This document shows, piece after piece, positions 13,272 to 25,331 of a stretch of DNA of 63,866 bases (position 1 is its first letter; every line of letters begins with the position of its first letter). Source of the stretch: Octopus bimaculoides (taxonomy: Eukaryota); the NCBI RefSeq assembly GCF_001194135.2, contig NC_068994.1, forward strand, positions 21,050,199-21,114,064, given 5' to 3'. The notes beneath the pieces were generated by a model. That model did no database searches, was not told the DNA's origin, and saw only the letters and a program-made list of their open reading frames with translations. The position numbers were made by a program, and so were the translations under genes.

Positions 13272-14443
13272 GCCAGTAGTTGTAGAAAAGTTCATAGACT
13301 GACTAAGATACTCTCATAGAATGTGACAAAATGAGGTTTATTTTTTTAACATAGACCCCTTATCATCCACACACTTCTTCCATCGGTGTTACAGTGCTTG
13401 TATCCCATTGGTGAAGAAGGTTCGTCCTGTTGGTCAAAAAAATCATCAACAGCAGATGTGATGTCATCATCACTGTGATATTGCTTCCCATCCAAGTGTT
13501 TTTTCATGGGGCCAAATCAGGAAAGTAGGGAGGTTGAGCAACCAGTTCAAAGCCAGTTGCACACAACAGCCAAGGACAGGTGTACTGGAGCATTTTCTTG
13601 ATGAAGCAAGACCCCTTTCATCAGTTTTCCTGGGTGTTTGGTTTTGGTAGCCTTTTGTAAATTCCTCAGCAAGTTGCCATACTACTCTCCATTAATGGTG
13701 TGGCTCTATTAAAGATAGCCATTAAACATGCCTTTTGCATCCAAAAAAACTGAGACCATTACCATCTCTGCAGATGAAACGACCTTGACCTTCTTTGAAG
13801 TAGGTGAGTAGGGGTGTTTCCACAGCATGGATTGGCTCTGGTTGAAAGTGATGAACCCAACTCCCATCCTGGGCTAGGAAATGTACAAGGAAACCAGCTG
13901 AATCTGCCTCAAACAATGTCAGATGTTCCAGTGATGTGATCAGCCTGGTGTCAGATATGGCACTCACCAAGCAGGTACCTTCATCATGCCAAGTTCATTG
14001 AGCAGCATATTCTCAACTCTCTCACAGAATATGCCAATAGCATTGACTATTTGATTTATAATAATCACCTGTCACCCGTGAGCATATGGTAAACACAATC
14101 AATGTTTTTCTTGGTGCTGACAGCCGTAGGATGTCCTGCCTACTTTTGCAATGCTTTTAAAACTGGAGCATAATCTCCTAATGTAGTAACAATATCAACA
14201 TGAATATCCTTGAGGGCTAAACCCTTTTTCTGCAGGTACTCTGATGCCAAATTTTGTCCATTTTTAAGAGAAGCTGCTACTAGTTATTTTTGAAGTCTTC
14301 TTTGAACAGTTAGATGTCAGTTTATCTGGAAAGAAGCCATGCAATTATTAATAAGAAGGGTTCAAATGAATGCATGCAAGATTTTGCAGCTGTAGCATCA
14401 CTCCTTCATAGTCATCCTATGAACTTTTCAGCCTACCCTCATA
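13272..14443 (-). mobile_element. Mariner element (second family), defective, nested in the RTE
   Basis: TIR cores GAAAAGTTCATAG (13285-13297) and CTATGAACTTTTC (14417-14429). Remnants LFEADSAGFLVHFLAQDGSWVHHFQPE and C-terminal FFTNGIQAL*HRWKKCVD. Confidence 0.8.
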
Positions 14444-15104
14444 TAGGAAGCTTATTTTCAATAAGTCTACCTATAGATTTCAGTACACCTTTGTGCCCAC
14501 AGCTTTCATTGGGTATAGCATATGGAGTTTATACCCACTCTTTTTCTGTATATTGAGCATGGCCATTTTCCTTAATATACCAGGATTTCCTGCTTACTAA
14601 AACTTTAGTTTTTACTAAATTTATATTGAAGCCTCTCAATTCTAGGTTTAGCTATGCCTGAAATTTCCTAATTCACCTACAGATTAAAATACAAGGATTT
14701 GATCATCAGCATAAAGTTCCCAAGGACAGCCAGTCGTCAATCATTTTCTGATAGCCTATTGAGACTGTGAATATAGGAGCAGACCGAGGACTGAGCATTG
14801 ATGAACTCACTTTCACACTAAATTTATCACTGAAATTGTTTATTTTCACTTCATTTACAGTCTTTGTAAATGGCTTGTAGTCCTCACAAGCCATTTACAG
14901 TCTTCGTAAATGGCTTGTAGTCCTCACAAGCCATTTAACAACACCTAGTTTCCTCAGTGACCACCAAATTACTAAATCTGGTAGTTACCTCACTAAGAAG
15001 ATTGCATCTGTAGTACCTATTCTGGGCATGAAACCAAACTGCATCACATTGTGCATCTTTTCATAACCTTTTCCAGTAGTTCGATTACTCTATAGTTGCT
15101 TCTC
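14444..15104 (-). mobile_element. RTE LINE (host copy), RT core
   Basis: NYRVIELLEKVMK, MQFGFMPRIGTTDAI, FSVKVSSSMLSP and remnants of the Cys-rich insert. Confidence 0.8.
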
Positions 15105-16278
15105 TAATAAGCAGTTTCAGGTGTAGAAACAAGGCCTAGAATCAAAGGACTTTGGAGTTAACCTAGCAAAAACTAAAGTCTTAGTTAGTAGGAAGGCAGA
15201 CAAATCACAAATCCCTGCTCAATCTGTAGAAAAGGCATAGGCAGAAACTCCTTAACATGTACCCAGTGTAAGCTATGGACACATAAGAGGTGCAGCAATA
15301 TCAGAGCAAGGCTAACAGGGAAAATAGTTTTTGTGTGTGAAAGATGCACAAGTACAATTAACTCTAAAAATGTACACATGCCAAGGGAGGAAAACTAGAA
15401 GTAGTCAATAGCTTCCGTTACCTAGGTGATCAAATCAGTAGCAGGGCTGGATGCTCCAAGAGCATAGCTGCCAGAATAAGAATAGGCTGGGCAAAGTTCA
15501 GAGAGCTCCTACCTCTGCTGGTAACAAAGGGCTTTGCTGGATATATAATGTCAAGGAAGGGATAAGTGCAAGTGTCCTGAGAGAAAAGTTGGGCATAGGA
15601 GGCATCAGATATGGCGAGCAAGAGAGACAACTGCGTTGGTATGGTCATGTAATGCGTATGGATGAGGGCAGCTGTGTGAAGATGTGCTGCACTCTAATAG
15701 TGGAGGGAACCTGTAGAAGTAGACCAGGAAGACATAGGATAAGGTGTTGAAGCATATTTGAATGTTGGACCACACGGAGGAAATGACAAGTGACCAAGAC
15801 CTTTGGTGATATGCTGCACTTGAGAAGACCTGTCAAGCGAAGTGAGATCATAGTCATGGCCGATACCAGTTGTGTAACTGGCACATAAAAAGCACCCTTC
15901 AAATGTTGTGCGATATGCTGTGCTCAGAAGACCTGTCAAGCTAAGTGAAATCATAGTCATGGCCAATGCCAGTGCCGTCTGACTGGCACTCATGCTGGTA
16001 GCATGTAAAAAAGCACCATTCACGCATTGGACTTCATGAAGGCAGTAACAAGCAACCAAGACTTTTGGTGATATACCAAGTGAGATTATAGTCATGGCCA
16101 ATGCTGGTGTCATGCCAGTGGCACATAAGAAGCACACACTACACTCTTGGAGTGGTTGATGGTAGGAAGGGAATCCAGCAATAGAAGCCATGCTGAATCA
16201 GACTAGAATCTGGTGCAGCTCCCTGGCTTACCAGTTTTCAGTCAAACCATGGAAAGTGGACATTAAATGATGATGATG
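15105..16278 (+). mobile_element. 5'-truncated RTE LINE copy (RT C-terminal half with PHD-like insert, 3'UTR, (GAT)n tail)
   Basis: KQGLESKDFGVNLAKTKVLVS...C4HC3...KLEVVNSFRYLGDQIS...WAKFRELLPLL...LRWYGHVMRMDEGSCVK, then the 3'UTR and ATGATGATGATGAT. Confidence 0.9.
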
Positions 16279-16650
16279 ATACTGTTACACCAGTCTTTGG
16301 GTATGACATTTTCCTAACCAACTACTATCTGGGTGATCATGTAATATGCCTCGCCAGATATTTTGAGCCTCTCTGCTATGATGTGATGTACCAGGAGCTT
16401 TCCCTCTCTTTATGTCCCTGATTGCTTTATCTATGAAGCTGCTGTCAACATGAATTGCTGGTCCCCCTGTAAGATCAGTATAAAGCAACCTCTCTTTACC
16501 TCATGCATTCTCCATGTTCAGCAACCTCTCATAAGAGTACTTCCTCATCTTCCATATCTATAGTGAATATGCCTTCGTCATTCTGAATAATCTTCAGACA
16601 ATGATATCTCAATCCTGAACATTTCATGCCTCTGATCCTCATAGTCCAGG
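16279..16650 (-). mobile_element. RTE LINE (host copy), linker/RT N-terminus
   Basis: YERLLNMENA..LYTDLTGGPAIHVDSSFIDKAIRDIKRGKAPG...IPKDWCNSII. Confidence 0.85.
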
Positions 16651-16664
16651 TCAATATTCATTAT

Positions 16665-16850
16665 AATTCATAAGGTGGGAAGGTGGTAGAATCATTAACA
16701 CACCAAGCAAAATGCTTAGCATCATTTCATCTGTATTTACATTGAGTCCTTTTGGGGTAGATAAAATAAGTACCAGTTAGGCACTGGGGTCAATCTTATC
16801 GACCTATTCCACTCCCAAAATTGCTAGTCTTGTATCAAAATTTGAAAGCA
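16665..16850 (+). mobile_element. SINE type 1, degraded and internally deleted
   Basis: Colinear with the copy at 17407-17632. Confidence 0.7.
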
Positions 16851-17406
16851 ATATTCATTATAGTTTATGAAGTTCTAAAAAAAGTTTGAGAGTGATTGTC
16901 TATGGGAGCTTTAATATGCAAATAAATTGATTAGCATAGTAGAAGCTAAATTGTAGGAAAGTGACAAGACACAAATCATGGTTGAAAGCTAAACAAAGAA
17001 GACTGTATGAAGCATGAGCATTAAATGTGGAAGATCTGTAGTGAAAAAAGAGCCAATTATGATCAGTTGTATGTGTAACACAAGGCAAGAACACAATTGG
17101 ACATTAACAACATCAGTCCAAATGTAGAGGAAAGATTGAAGTAGCAAATGCCAAGTTAAAAAGTGATGAAGAAAACTGTAAAAAGTTGTATAATAAGCTC
17201 GCTGGACACTGGTCCTATAAGAATACAGACCAAGATAATAAACAATGTGCTTTCAAACAGAACCATATACACAATGCCAGAATGGAAGAAAGACATTAAA
17301 TGATACCAACATATTGTTATATTTGGAGATGGTTATCTTTTGCCAGTTAAACACAGACACTATTTATTTCATCTTCACTTTAGCTTTATTATTATTATTA
17401 TAATTA

Positions 17407-17632
17407 AGGCAGTGAGCTGGCAGAATCGTTAGCAAGCTGGGCGAAATGCTTAGCAATATTTCATCTGTCACTACATTCCGAGTTCAAATTCCGCCAAGGT
17501 TGACTTTGTCTTTCATCCTTTCGGGGATCGATAAATTAAGTACCAGTGAAACACTGGGTTGATGTAATCAACTAGTCCCCTCCCTCATAAATTTCAGGTT
17601 TTGTGCCTTTAGTAGAAAGGATTATTATTATT
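17407..17632 (+). mobile_element. SINE type 1, near full length (tRNA-derived)
   Basis: A-box TGGCAGAATCG, B-box GAGTTCAAATTCC, (ATT)n tail and (ATT)n 5' flank. Further copies at 18230-18437, 30216-30312 and 37041-37229. Confidence 0.85.
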
Positions 17633-17660
17633 AGTTTATTTGTCTGTAAAGTGAAGGAAA

Positions 17661-17800
17661 AATAATAATAAAGCTAAAATGAAGATCAAATAAATAGGGC
17701 ATGTGTTTAATTGGCAAAATATGACCATCCCCAAATATAACAATATCTATTTTAACACATTTTCAAATCAAGAATCTTGCAAAACAAATACATAAACAAT
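17661..17800 (+). repeat. Unclassified dispersed repeat, copy 1
   Basis: Closely similar to 58861-59005. Confidence 0.7.
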
Positions 17801-18229
17801 ACAAATATACTCATGAAACAAACAAACCACAGTAGCTGGATGGATACACTGTCAGCTCATTGACATTCAGCTGTGACCATCAATGATGCTCACGATGCAG
17901 ATTAACCAAATTAAATTCACTTTGATATGGCAGTGGTAGAATGGATCAAAATAGTCATGGTATGTTACAATCATAAATGTGGAGTGAGAGTTATTGTGGT
18001 ATGGTTCTCATAGCCTAGGATCATGGTATGTCTTGAACGTAAAAGAAACTTGCTAAATATAAAGAGCTCCAAATCCTTTCAAGAGCATGATGCACCAGCC
18101 CATGATATATGTTTGCAATTAGATACATTAAACCAAGAAATAGTTTAGATACAATCACAATATAAAATCTTCAACTATTAGTTTGACTTCTCCTCAATTT
18201 AGTAAGCTACTACTTTAACTAGTACAATA

Positions 18230-18437
18230 AATATTGATTTCAAATTTTGGCCAAAGGCCAGCAAATTCAGGGAAGGGATAAGTAGATTACACCAACCCCT
18301 AGCACTCAACTGGTACTTATTTTATCGACCCTGAAAGTATGATAGGCAAAGTCAACTTTTGCGGAATTTGAACTCAGAATGTAAAAATGGACAAAATGCC
18401 ACTAAACATTTTACCCAGCATGCTAATGATTCTGCCA
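18230..18437 (-). mobile_element. SINE type 1
   Basis: Reverse complement of the 17407 family (GGAATTTGAACTCAGAATG...TCTGCCA). Confidence 0.85.
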
Positions 18438-18444
18438 CACAACT

Positions 18445-19735
18445 TCAACTGGTCTTTTGATTAATTATTTCAGAACACCATGGACCACTCAAGCAATGAG
18501 TTGTTGGCTGAGATGTATCCAGGTGTAGGTAGCTTATCCAGTATTTCCTGAAGGAATTTGTCCAGGTACCGTCTGAAAGTTGTAGGGTCTTTTCTATTTG
18601 GATTTCTTTTGGGATAACATTGAAAAGAGAAGGACCATTTGCAGTGACGAAATTGTGTTGCAATGTTCTTATGTGATGTACTCTCAACCTTTGTAGAGGA
18701 CATGTTACACAGGGGCCTAGTCTTGAGTGAATTGTAAACATAATTCCTATATCATTTGGATAATATTGGTGGAATATTTTCCACATAGTGCAAATAATGT
18801 ATTGTTCATGGCAGCATTGCAGAGAATAGAGTTTCAGCTGTTTAAGTTGAGCCCAATAATCAAGTCCCGTCATGCCATTTATTTTTTTAGTGATTGATCT
18901 TTGTGACACTTCAATCCTCATTATATCTTGTTTTTTGTAGGGGAACCACAATGGGCAGTATTCAAGGTGGGGCCAAACGAATGTGAAGAGAGGGATGATG
19001 GTTTCATGATCCTTATATTGAAAAGTTCTGAGATCTATGAGCACATTCTGTAGGCAACATCGATTTTTTTGTTAATGTGCACACTCCAGATAAGGTTGCT
19101 GTCAACCGTTACACCTAAATCTCTGATATTATCCGACAGTTCAAGTAGGTCTCTTGACAGTAGTGTATATGGCTGTTTGAGTGTGCCCTCTATTCCAAAA
19201 TGGATGAGCTCAAATTTTTCTTCATTCAGCTGCATATTGTATTTTTGTGCCCGTTGGGTTACTACGCATAGGTCCAATTGAAGCATCATTCGATCATATG
19301 CTCCCTTAATGACTTTCTGAAGCTTAGAGTCATCTGCAAATATTTTAATAGTGCTATGTTCAGTGGAATCTACAATGTCATTGATATAGACAATAAAAAG
19401 AAGTGGACTCAGTACACTAGCCTGCAGGAATCTGCTGATGACTTACTAGTTTTGAGTGGATGCCATCAACCACAACATGCTGGGTCCTATTTGTTAGGAA
19501 ATACTTAATCCACTGAAGTAGCTTTCCACTGACTCCAGCATTGGATAGTTTCTTTAACAGCATGTAGTAGTCAACTTTGTCAAAGGCCTTGCTGAAATCA
19601 ACGTATATGACATTGGCATTGGAGCCTTCACTTAGTGCATTTAAGATGTCATCAAAATGGTGGAGGAGCAGTGTTAGACAGTCCCATCAGGAAAGCCATG
19701 CTGGTTGCAATTTAGAAGATATTGACTATGATAAA
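18445..19735 (-). mobile_element. CR1/L2-group LINE reverse transcriptase pseudogene, 5'-truncated
   Basis: NQHGF, YVDFSKAFDKVD, (A)DDSKL, NEEKFELIHFG, RDLGVTVDSNL, PHLEYC.LW.PYKKQDI..IE..QRSITKKI; multiple frameshifts. Confidence 0.9.
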
Positions 19736-20529
19736 GAGATTTTTATATAAAAAGTCTACTTCCTTTTGACTTATCAAAATCCCTAACTCAACATTACTTA
19801 CTGTAGAAAAAGAAGCACACTAAGATACCTTTGGCATCAAACTGAAGCCATCAATACTCAAACAATCAGCACAATGTAATATACTGTATCAGAGAGACAT
19901 TTAAATAAAGATCATTTCATGAGAGAAAACCATTAAACTGACACGACAAGAAATACACAAAATGAAAAAGCCAAGAAGCAAAAGTTGCAAATGTCTGTGG
20001 GATTTAGCCTAACTCCTGTTTCCTTTGCCCTAACAGATGAAAGAAATCTGTTGCATAAAAGGTTAATCTTTCACAGGTAACTTTTTCCAAAAAAAGGCTG
20101 CAATCTATTCTAGATCAATGTAGATGAAACTAAGGAATATTAGAATTAGGACAGTATTTGACACAAACCACAAGAAAGTAATTTATGAGAGATATAAATT
20201 CATACATAAAAGAATGTAAAAGAATTATTGCAAGTGATAATAATTTCACTGTAACAAAGCACATGCATTTGAAAAAAGGAAACAAGCATATTCAGGCAAT
20301 GTTGGCAGTGGAGTAGCAGAAACTGCAAGACACTCAATTACTATATTCTAGGTTCAATTAAATTTACAATCAACCCTCTGGAAGTAAGTACCAGATCTGT
20401 GCTGGAGAAAGGTAAGCTTTGTTCCAAGTGATATTAGGACAAACAAATTTTAAATCTTAATCACAGAAGTTTTTGTGATTATTAATACTGGAATTGTTTA
20501 TGATAAAGGCATAGAGAGGGAGCATCTGC

Positions 20530-20710
20530 ATAGGAGCTCCACAGGCAATAGCAGTCAAATCACTTTCAAATCACATCTTAGAAGGGATACATTGGATACT
20601 CTAGTCTTTGATACACTGTCTGAAAGTAAGATGGGAAGGTATAACTGAAACACTTTTGATCACATGTAGGTCTGCTTAATCAGAGCTTACCTGGTGCCAA
20701 ACAACAACGT
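20530..20710 (-). repeat. Unclassified dispersed repeat (same family as 531-700)
   Basis: Reverse complement reads GTTGTTGTTTGGCACCAGGTAAGCTCTGATTAAGCAGACCTAC..GATCAAAAG. Confidence 0.5.
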
Positions 20711-23441
20711 TACCCAACCACATTTTATTTCTTCTATGAATTCAAGGCCTTGTGTAGAATACCAGATGATATGCTTCGACATCGTCACCACAATTGGCTT
20801 TAAATACTAGTAGTGTTGACTTTCCTTTCCAACAAAGAAGAAATTGGATAAAACAAATACCAGTTGCTTTTCAGTTCTAATCAGTCCTGAATCAAGCAGA
20901 CCTATCCTCAGAAGCTTGATCAGGACTAACTTAGGGTTAAAAAATAACAACTGTCTATCAAATGTTCTTGATTATAAGAACATTTGATAAACAGTTAAGT
21001 GTTATTTTTTAACCCTGAGAGGCTATAATCAGAAATGCACTAAGAATTTGAAAAGGTCTGAAATACCATAAACAAAATGAACTTAGAAAGAAATATTTAC
21101 AATTATAATATTTTCAAAAATATTTTTTATTTATAAGTATTAAAAAGATGGGCATATTTTCCTTCCAAAATTTAAACATCATATGAAAGACCAAAAACAA
21201 ATGAGCCAGTTTACGGGGAAAAAAATTTTTTTTTTGATTTCTATTCTTTTCCTTTTTTTTTTAGAAAGCTTATAAAATAAGATTTAAATATTCACATTAA
21301 ACAAAAGTTAGTCACTCAGAAACTAGGCCCAAGATATGACAGTGTTGAGGTATTTCTTGAATATTCAGAAGGATCATTTACATTTTTCAAAGTTCACTGT
21401 AATTTCTTTTTTAAATGGAGGGAAGGGAGACTTGATTTTTTTTTTTATATAAACAAATAGGAATGATGGCAGTTTTGACATAAGTTATTTTATAACACAC
21501 ACACACACAAACCGTGTAAAATTTCACTTAATATCATTGAATTCAAACGCTAATAATAATGATTTCTACCATTAGTACATGGCCATAACATGAAGGGAGG
21601 GGTAAGTCAACCTAATCAACTTCAGTACATAAATGATACAAACGTCATTTGAACTAAGACCATAACGAGATGTAACTAACAGTAGAGATAAATTCAAAGT
21701 ATGGTAACACTTAGAAAGTATAAAATAAAAGTAATTGAAAATTAAGAGCAGTAAGAAAATACATATAACTAGGCTAGTGACATGTGTATGTATTGAATAG
21801 TGTTAAAAATGATTTTACAAAAATCCTTAATATTGCCATGCTTCAAAATAATGAATTCAGCAGTATCTACTGTTTGTATAAGCTCAGGAAGTTAACCTTC
21901 CTATTGCTTCAAGGTAAAATGCTGCAGTGAATTTTAGGTATGTTTTTATTAATAATTACAACTCATAAATAAATTTGGTAATGAAAAGAAAGTCTTAGTA
22001 ATTTAAATATTTTAAAAATCTTATAGTCATAATTTTCAAACTGCCAATTTTAGTTAATATCATCAATTTCTTTAGACTAGATAGAAGGCCAGTGTTTCTA
22101 AGAAAATCAACCTTGGCAGTATCAAACTCAGAATATAGGAGGAGGAAATTAAATGGCATAAAACATGTCATCTACTAGTTCTGTCATCTTACCATGTTCA
22201 TTAATATTTCCAAGCTCAAAAGAAAAACCATTTTGGGAAGGGAAATATATTAGACACATTAGACATGATGGTCAATGATTTATCTCTTTAGTGTGTGTTT
22301 TTCACACATGCATTTGAATCAAAGATAACAGTGAGACAAATGCCAATTCTGGAAGACAAGTATACAAGCATTGATTGCACAAATTACAGTTTATACTGTA
22401 GAAATTATGACAGACATTTGTTTAGATCACAAGACAAACACAAAAGATTTTGTTGCTCACTTTAAAATAAGTACAGTATACTAAAGCAATATACTCTTTA
22501 AGTATACAACCTCTGTAATTTTGAAAGCAAGATTTTACACATCTATTTGAGGAAACACAAAGAGATGTAATGTTGGTTCTCTTGAGAGAACAAAAAATCC
22601 AGATGCTGGTTGCAGCAGTGCAGAAGTACCTACAAACAAAGCAACTATTCTCACTATCACTATTTGATCTACTATGATATTTATAACCAGTTTTGCCACA
22701 AGTTCTATTTCTTTCATGATTACATGCAAGGAAAGAATAAATTCAGTTTTGCTTCAATGACTGCCAATTGCACCAAAGGAAATATTCCGAAATTGAAAAT
22801 ATATTTTGTGTCAGTCTGATTCAAAACTGGAGACAAAATACTTTATCAGTTGCATAAGAAAACAATTTGATTTAGGAAGTTACTGTTTGTATAGTTTCTT
22901 GTTTTCAAAGAAATTTATAACTTATTTCTGGTGACCAATTTAGGTATAAATCTAAAGAAATTGATTTATATGGTGATTAAAACATAAAGGAGACATAAGA
23001 TTCAATGTAAATAAAACAAACACACATTTAAATACTATCATTACCAGACATGCTCTCAACACCTCCTCATCAATACAAAAAACACCTGTCTAGCATGACT
23101 AAAGGAAATTTATCAACAAAATCATTTTTGGACAAGGAAAATATAGAAAAGTATAAGACCTACAAAAACAGTGAACTTTGGGAGATCAACAGAAAGAGGT
23201 GTGGTAGACAGAGCTCACTGGCTATACTAATTTCTAAAATAAATGGGGATGGGGGTGACTGAGAAAATGAGGACAACAGATTAATAACTTTTGTTATGTG
23301 TAATTAACAAGACTTAGCTACCAGTCCTCCATCCCACCTCATACTATCACTCACCATCTCAATAGCACTGTAGACTCCTATCAAATCACTTGATTATGCC
23401 CAATAAATTTTACATTTCATATTACATTTTTTTTTTTCAAG

Positions 23442-23452
23442 TTTATTTTATT
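23442..23452 (-). terminator. Overlapping AATAAA signals immediately after the LMAN2 stop codon
   Basis: TTTATT at 23442 and 23447 on +. Use as a poly(A) signal is unproven. Confidence 0.3.
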
Positions 23453-23468
23453 TAATTTACATTTCTTT

Positions 23469-23614
23469 TTAATAAAATCTTTTACGTTTTCCTTCTTGGT
23501 GTTTCTGGTAGGCATAGATCAGTACAAAAACACCAATCACAAAACCAATGACAATTATAGTTAGTGTAATTATTTTCCATGCACTCCATGATGCAGGGTT
23601 GTCAGCTACATGAT
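23469..23614 (-). CDS. LMAN2: VIP36/VIPL-type L-type lectin, exon 9 (TM helix + cytosolic tail)
   Basis: CAG acceptor. Encodes (D)HVADNPASWSAWKIITLTIIVIGFVIGVFVLIYAYQKHQEGKRKRFY*; the KRFY terminus is diagnostic of VIP36/VIPL. Confidence 0.96.
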
Positions 23615-25331
23615 CTGAAATGGTAAAAAAAAGAAACAGTCTTTATTGCCACTTTAAGCTCATGACACTTTATGGAGGTAAGAGAACCTCTACAAAAGTC
23701 ATTCCTACCAATGAAATGCAACTTAAATTGAGTTGCTGAATAATTCTTGAAAAATACAGGATTTATCTACATAATTTCAACTGGAGGGGATATGTTGAAT
23801 GTGTAAGCCACTGAGAAAGCAAATAAGAGAAGTAACTGTGATTAAAAAAAAACTGATCAAATGTGGAAGAGAACTATTTAGTTCCGTCACAGACATTTTT
23901 CTTGTACCAGTGGCATGATAAAATGTACCAAGGCTCAAAAGGATTACACACACAATAACAAATACTAGCAGTTTTCTCTGCTGTTTGAAAGAGAAAGAGG
24001 TAAAAGTGATGAGATACTGTGGTAACAGTCATCCAATCCATGCCATCATACGAAGAAAAAAAAAGGGGGGGGGTAAAGTAATGATGATGAATTTCCTCAG
24101 GATTTCGGCTTAACACCGTAAAATATAAATCCATGACAGAACATCAGATTATTTGTCATGATCCAAGTCCAAAGGACTACATCAAGGGAGGGTAATTACA
24201 AACCATGGTTAGTTTCTCAGGAAAAATTAGATTTTAGAGTGATGCCAGAAAGATAAAAAGGTTCTCCAAAAACAGTTTTGACTTAGAATTGAAAGCAAAT
24301 TTAATCATAATTTCTGTTTCTATATATACTGATCACATAGACTTGTCAAACTGTATATAATATGCTTTAGTGAGGAGATCTAAGACCAAAACATATCCCT
24401 TACTTTCACCAGTTAGTTTTAAAGACAAAATCTAGACATTGTCTACATTACCCCAAAATTCTGATCTATTTTATTGAAGATATGTTTGTTTTTTAGATTT
24501 TAAACAATTCATAAGTTTTTTGTTATTCTAGTTGCTTGGTTAAACCTTGGTTCATTGAAGTTTTTAACTCACTATATTACATATGCAAGATCCTCCTATA
24601 TTTATGTTAAATAAGCAGGACACTTGCTAGAGTATAGATAATGAAGTACAGAAAATTTGACAATTACTTGTCAATTTTTCTGCATGTCCTCTTCAACATA
24701 TTTTAAACAGTTTACTACAATGGAACATATCAATTTAATATCAATAAAACAACAATGGCTTTCTGTTAACACATAGATTGATTATCATGATATAATCCAA
24801 TTTAACCTGTTACAATTAGTGAGAAATTCTCAAAAATTTGAGTAGCAGATAAATCAATACAGTCCACAATCCAAGAGGTTGGAAGTTTGAATATCATTAC
24901 CAGCGCTGTCACAAATAATGCTAAATAGCTTAGCCAACCTATTCATAAATAATAAAGATTTATTATAATTATTGCTACAGGCAACAGAGCTTCAATAGTT
25001 TGCAGGGCAGAGCTCATATACAGTCACAAGGACAAAACCAGAAAAACTGGCATTCATATTAAAGATGTCTCAACACATTAGCAACATGAAAACCAGGATA
25101 AGTTCCAGCACCTTTCAATAAGGGAAGTAAATCAAATGAAAATACATAAAAGAAAAAACTATAAATTTATAAAAGCTCAAACATAAAAATAGCCAACAAA
25201 AATTTATTCAGAATTGAGATTTGCACTCAAAATTTCAGCCAACAGAATATGTTTAAGATTTATAAGAAACCAGTTACATATTTTGTGCTAATGTACATGA
25301 GGTTTACAATAGCTAAACTGTGGTGACTTTT

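Noticed and set aside
14444-15760. Twin-priming 5' inversion of a single LINE
   Set aside because: The two opposed RTE pieces overlap in ORF2 content, and the minus copy continues beyond 16279, so they are separate nested insertions.
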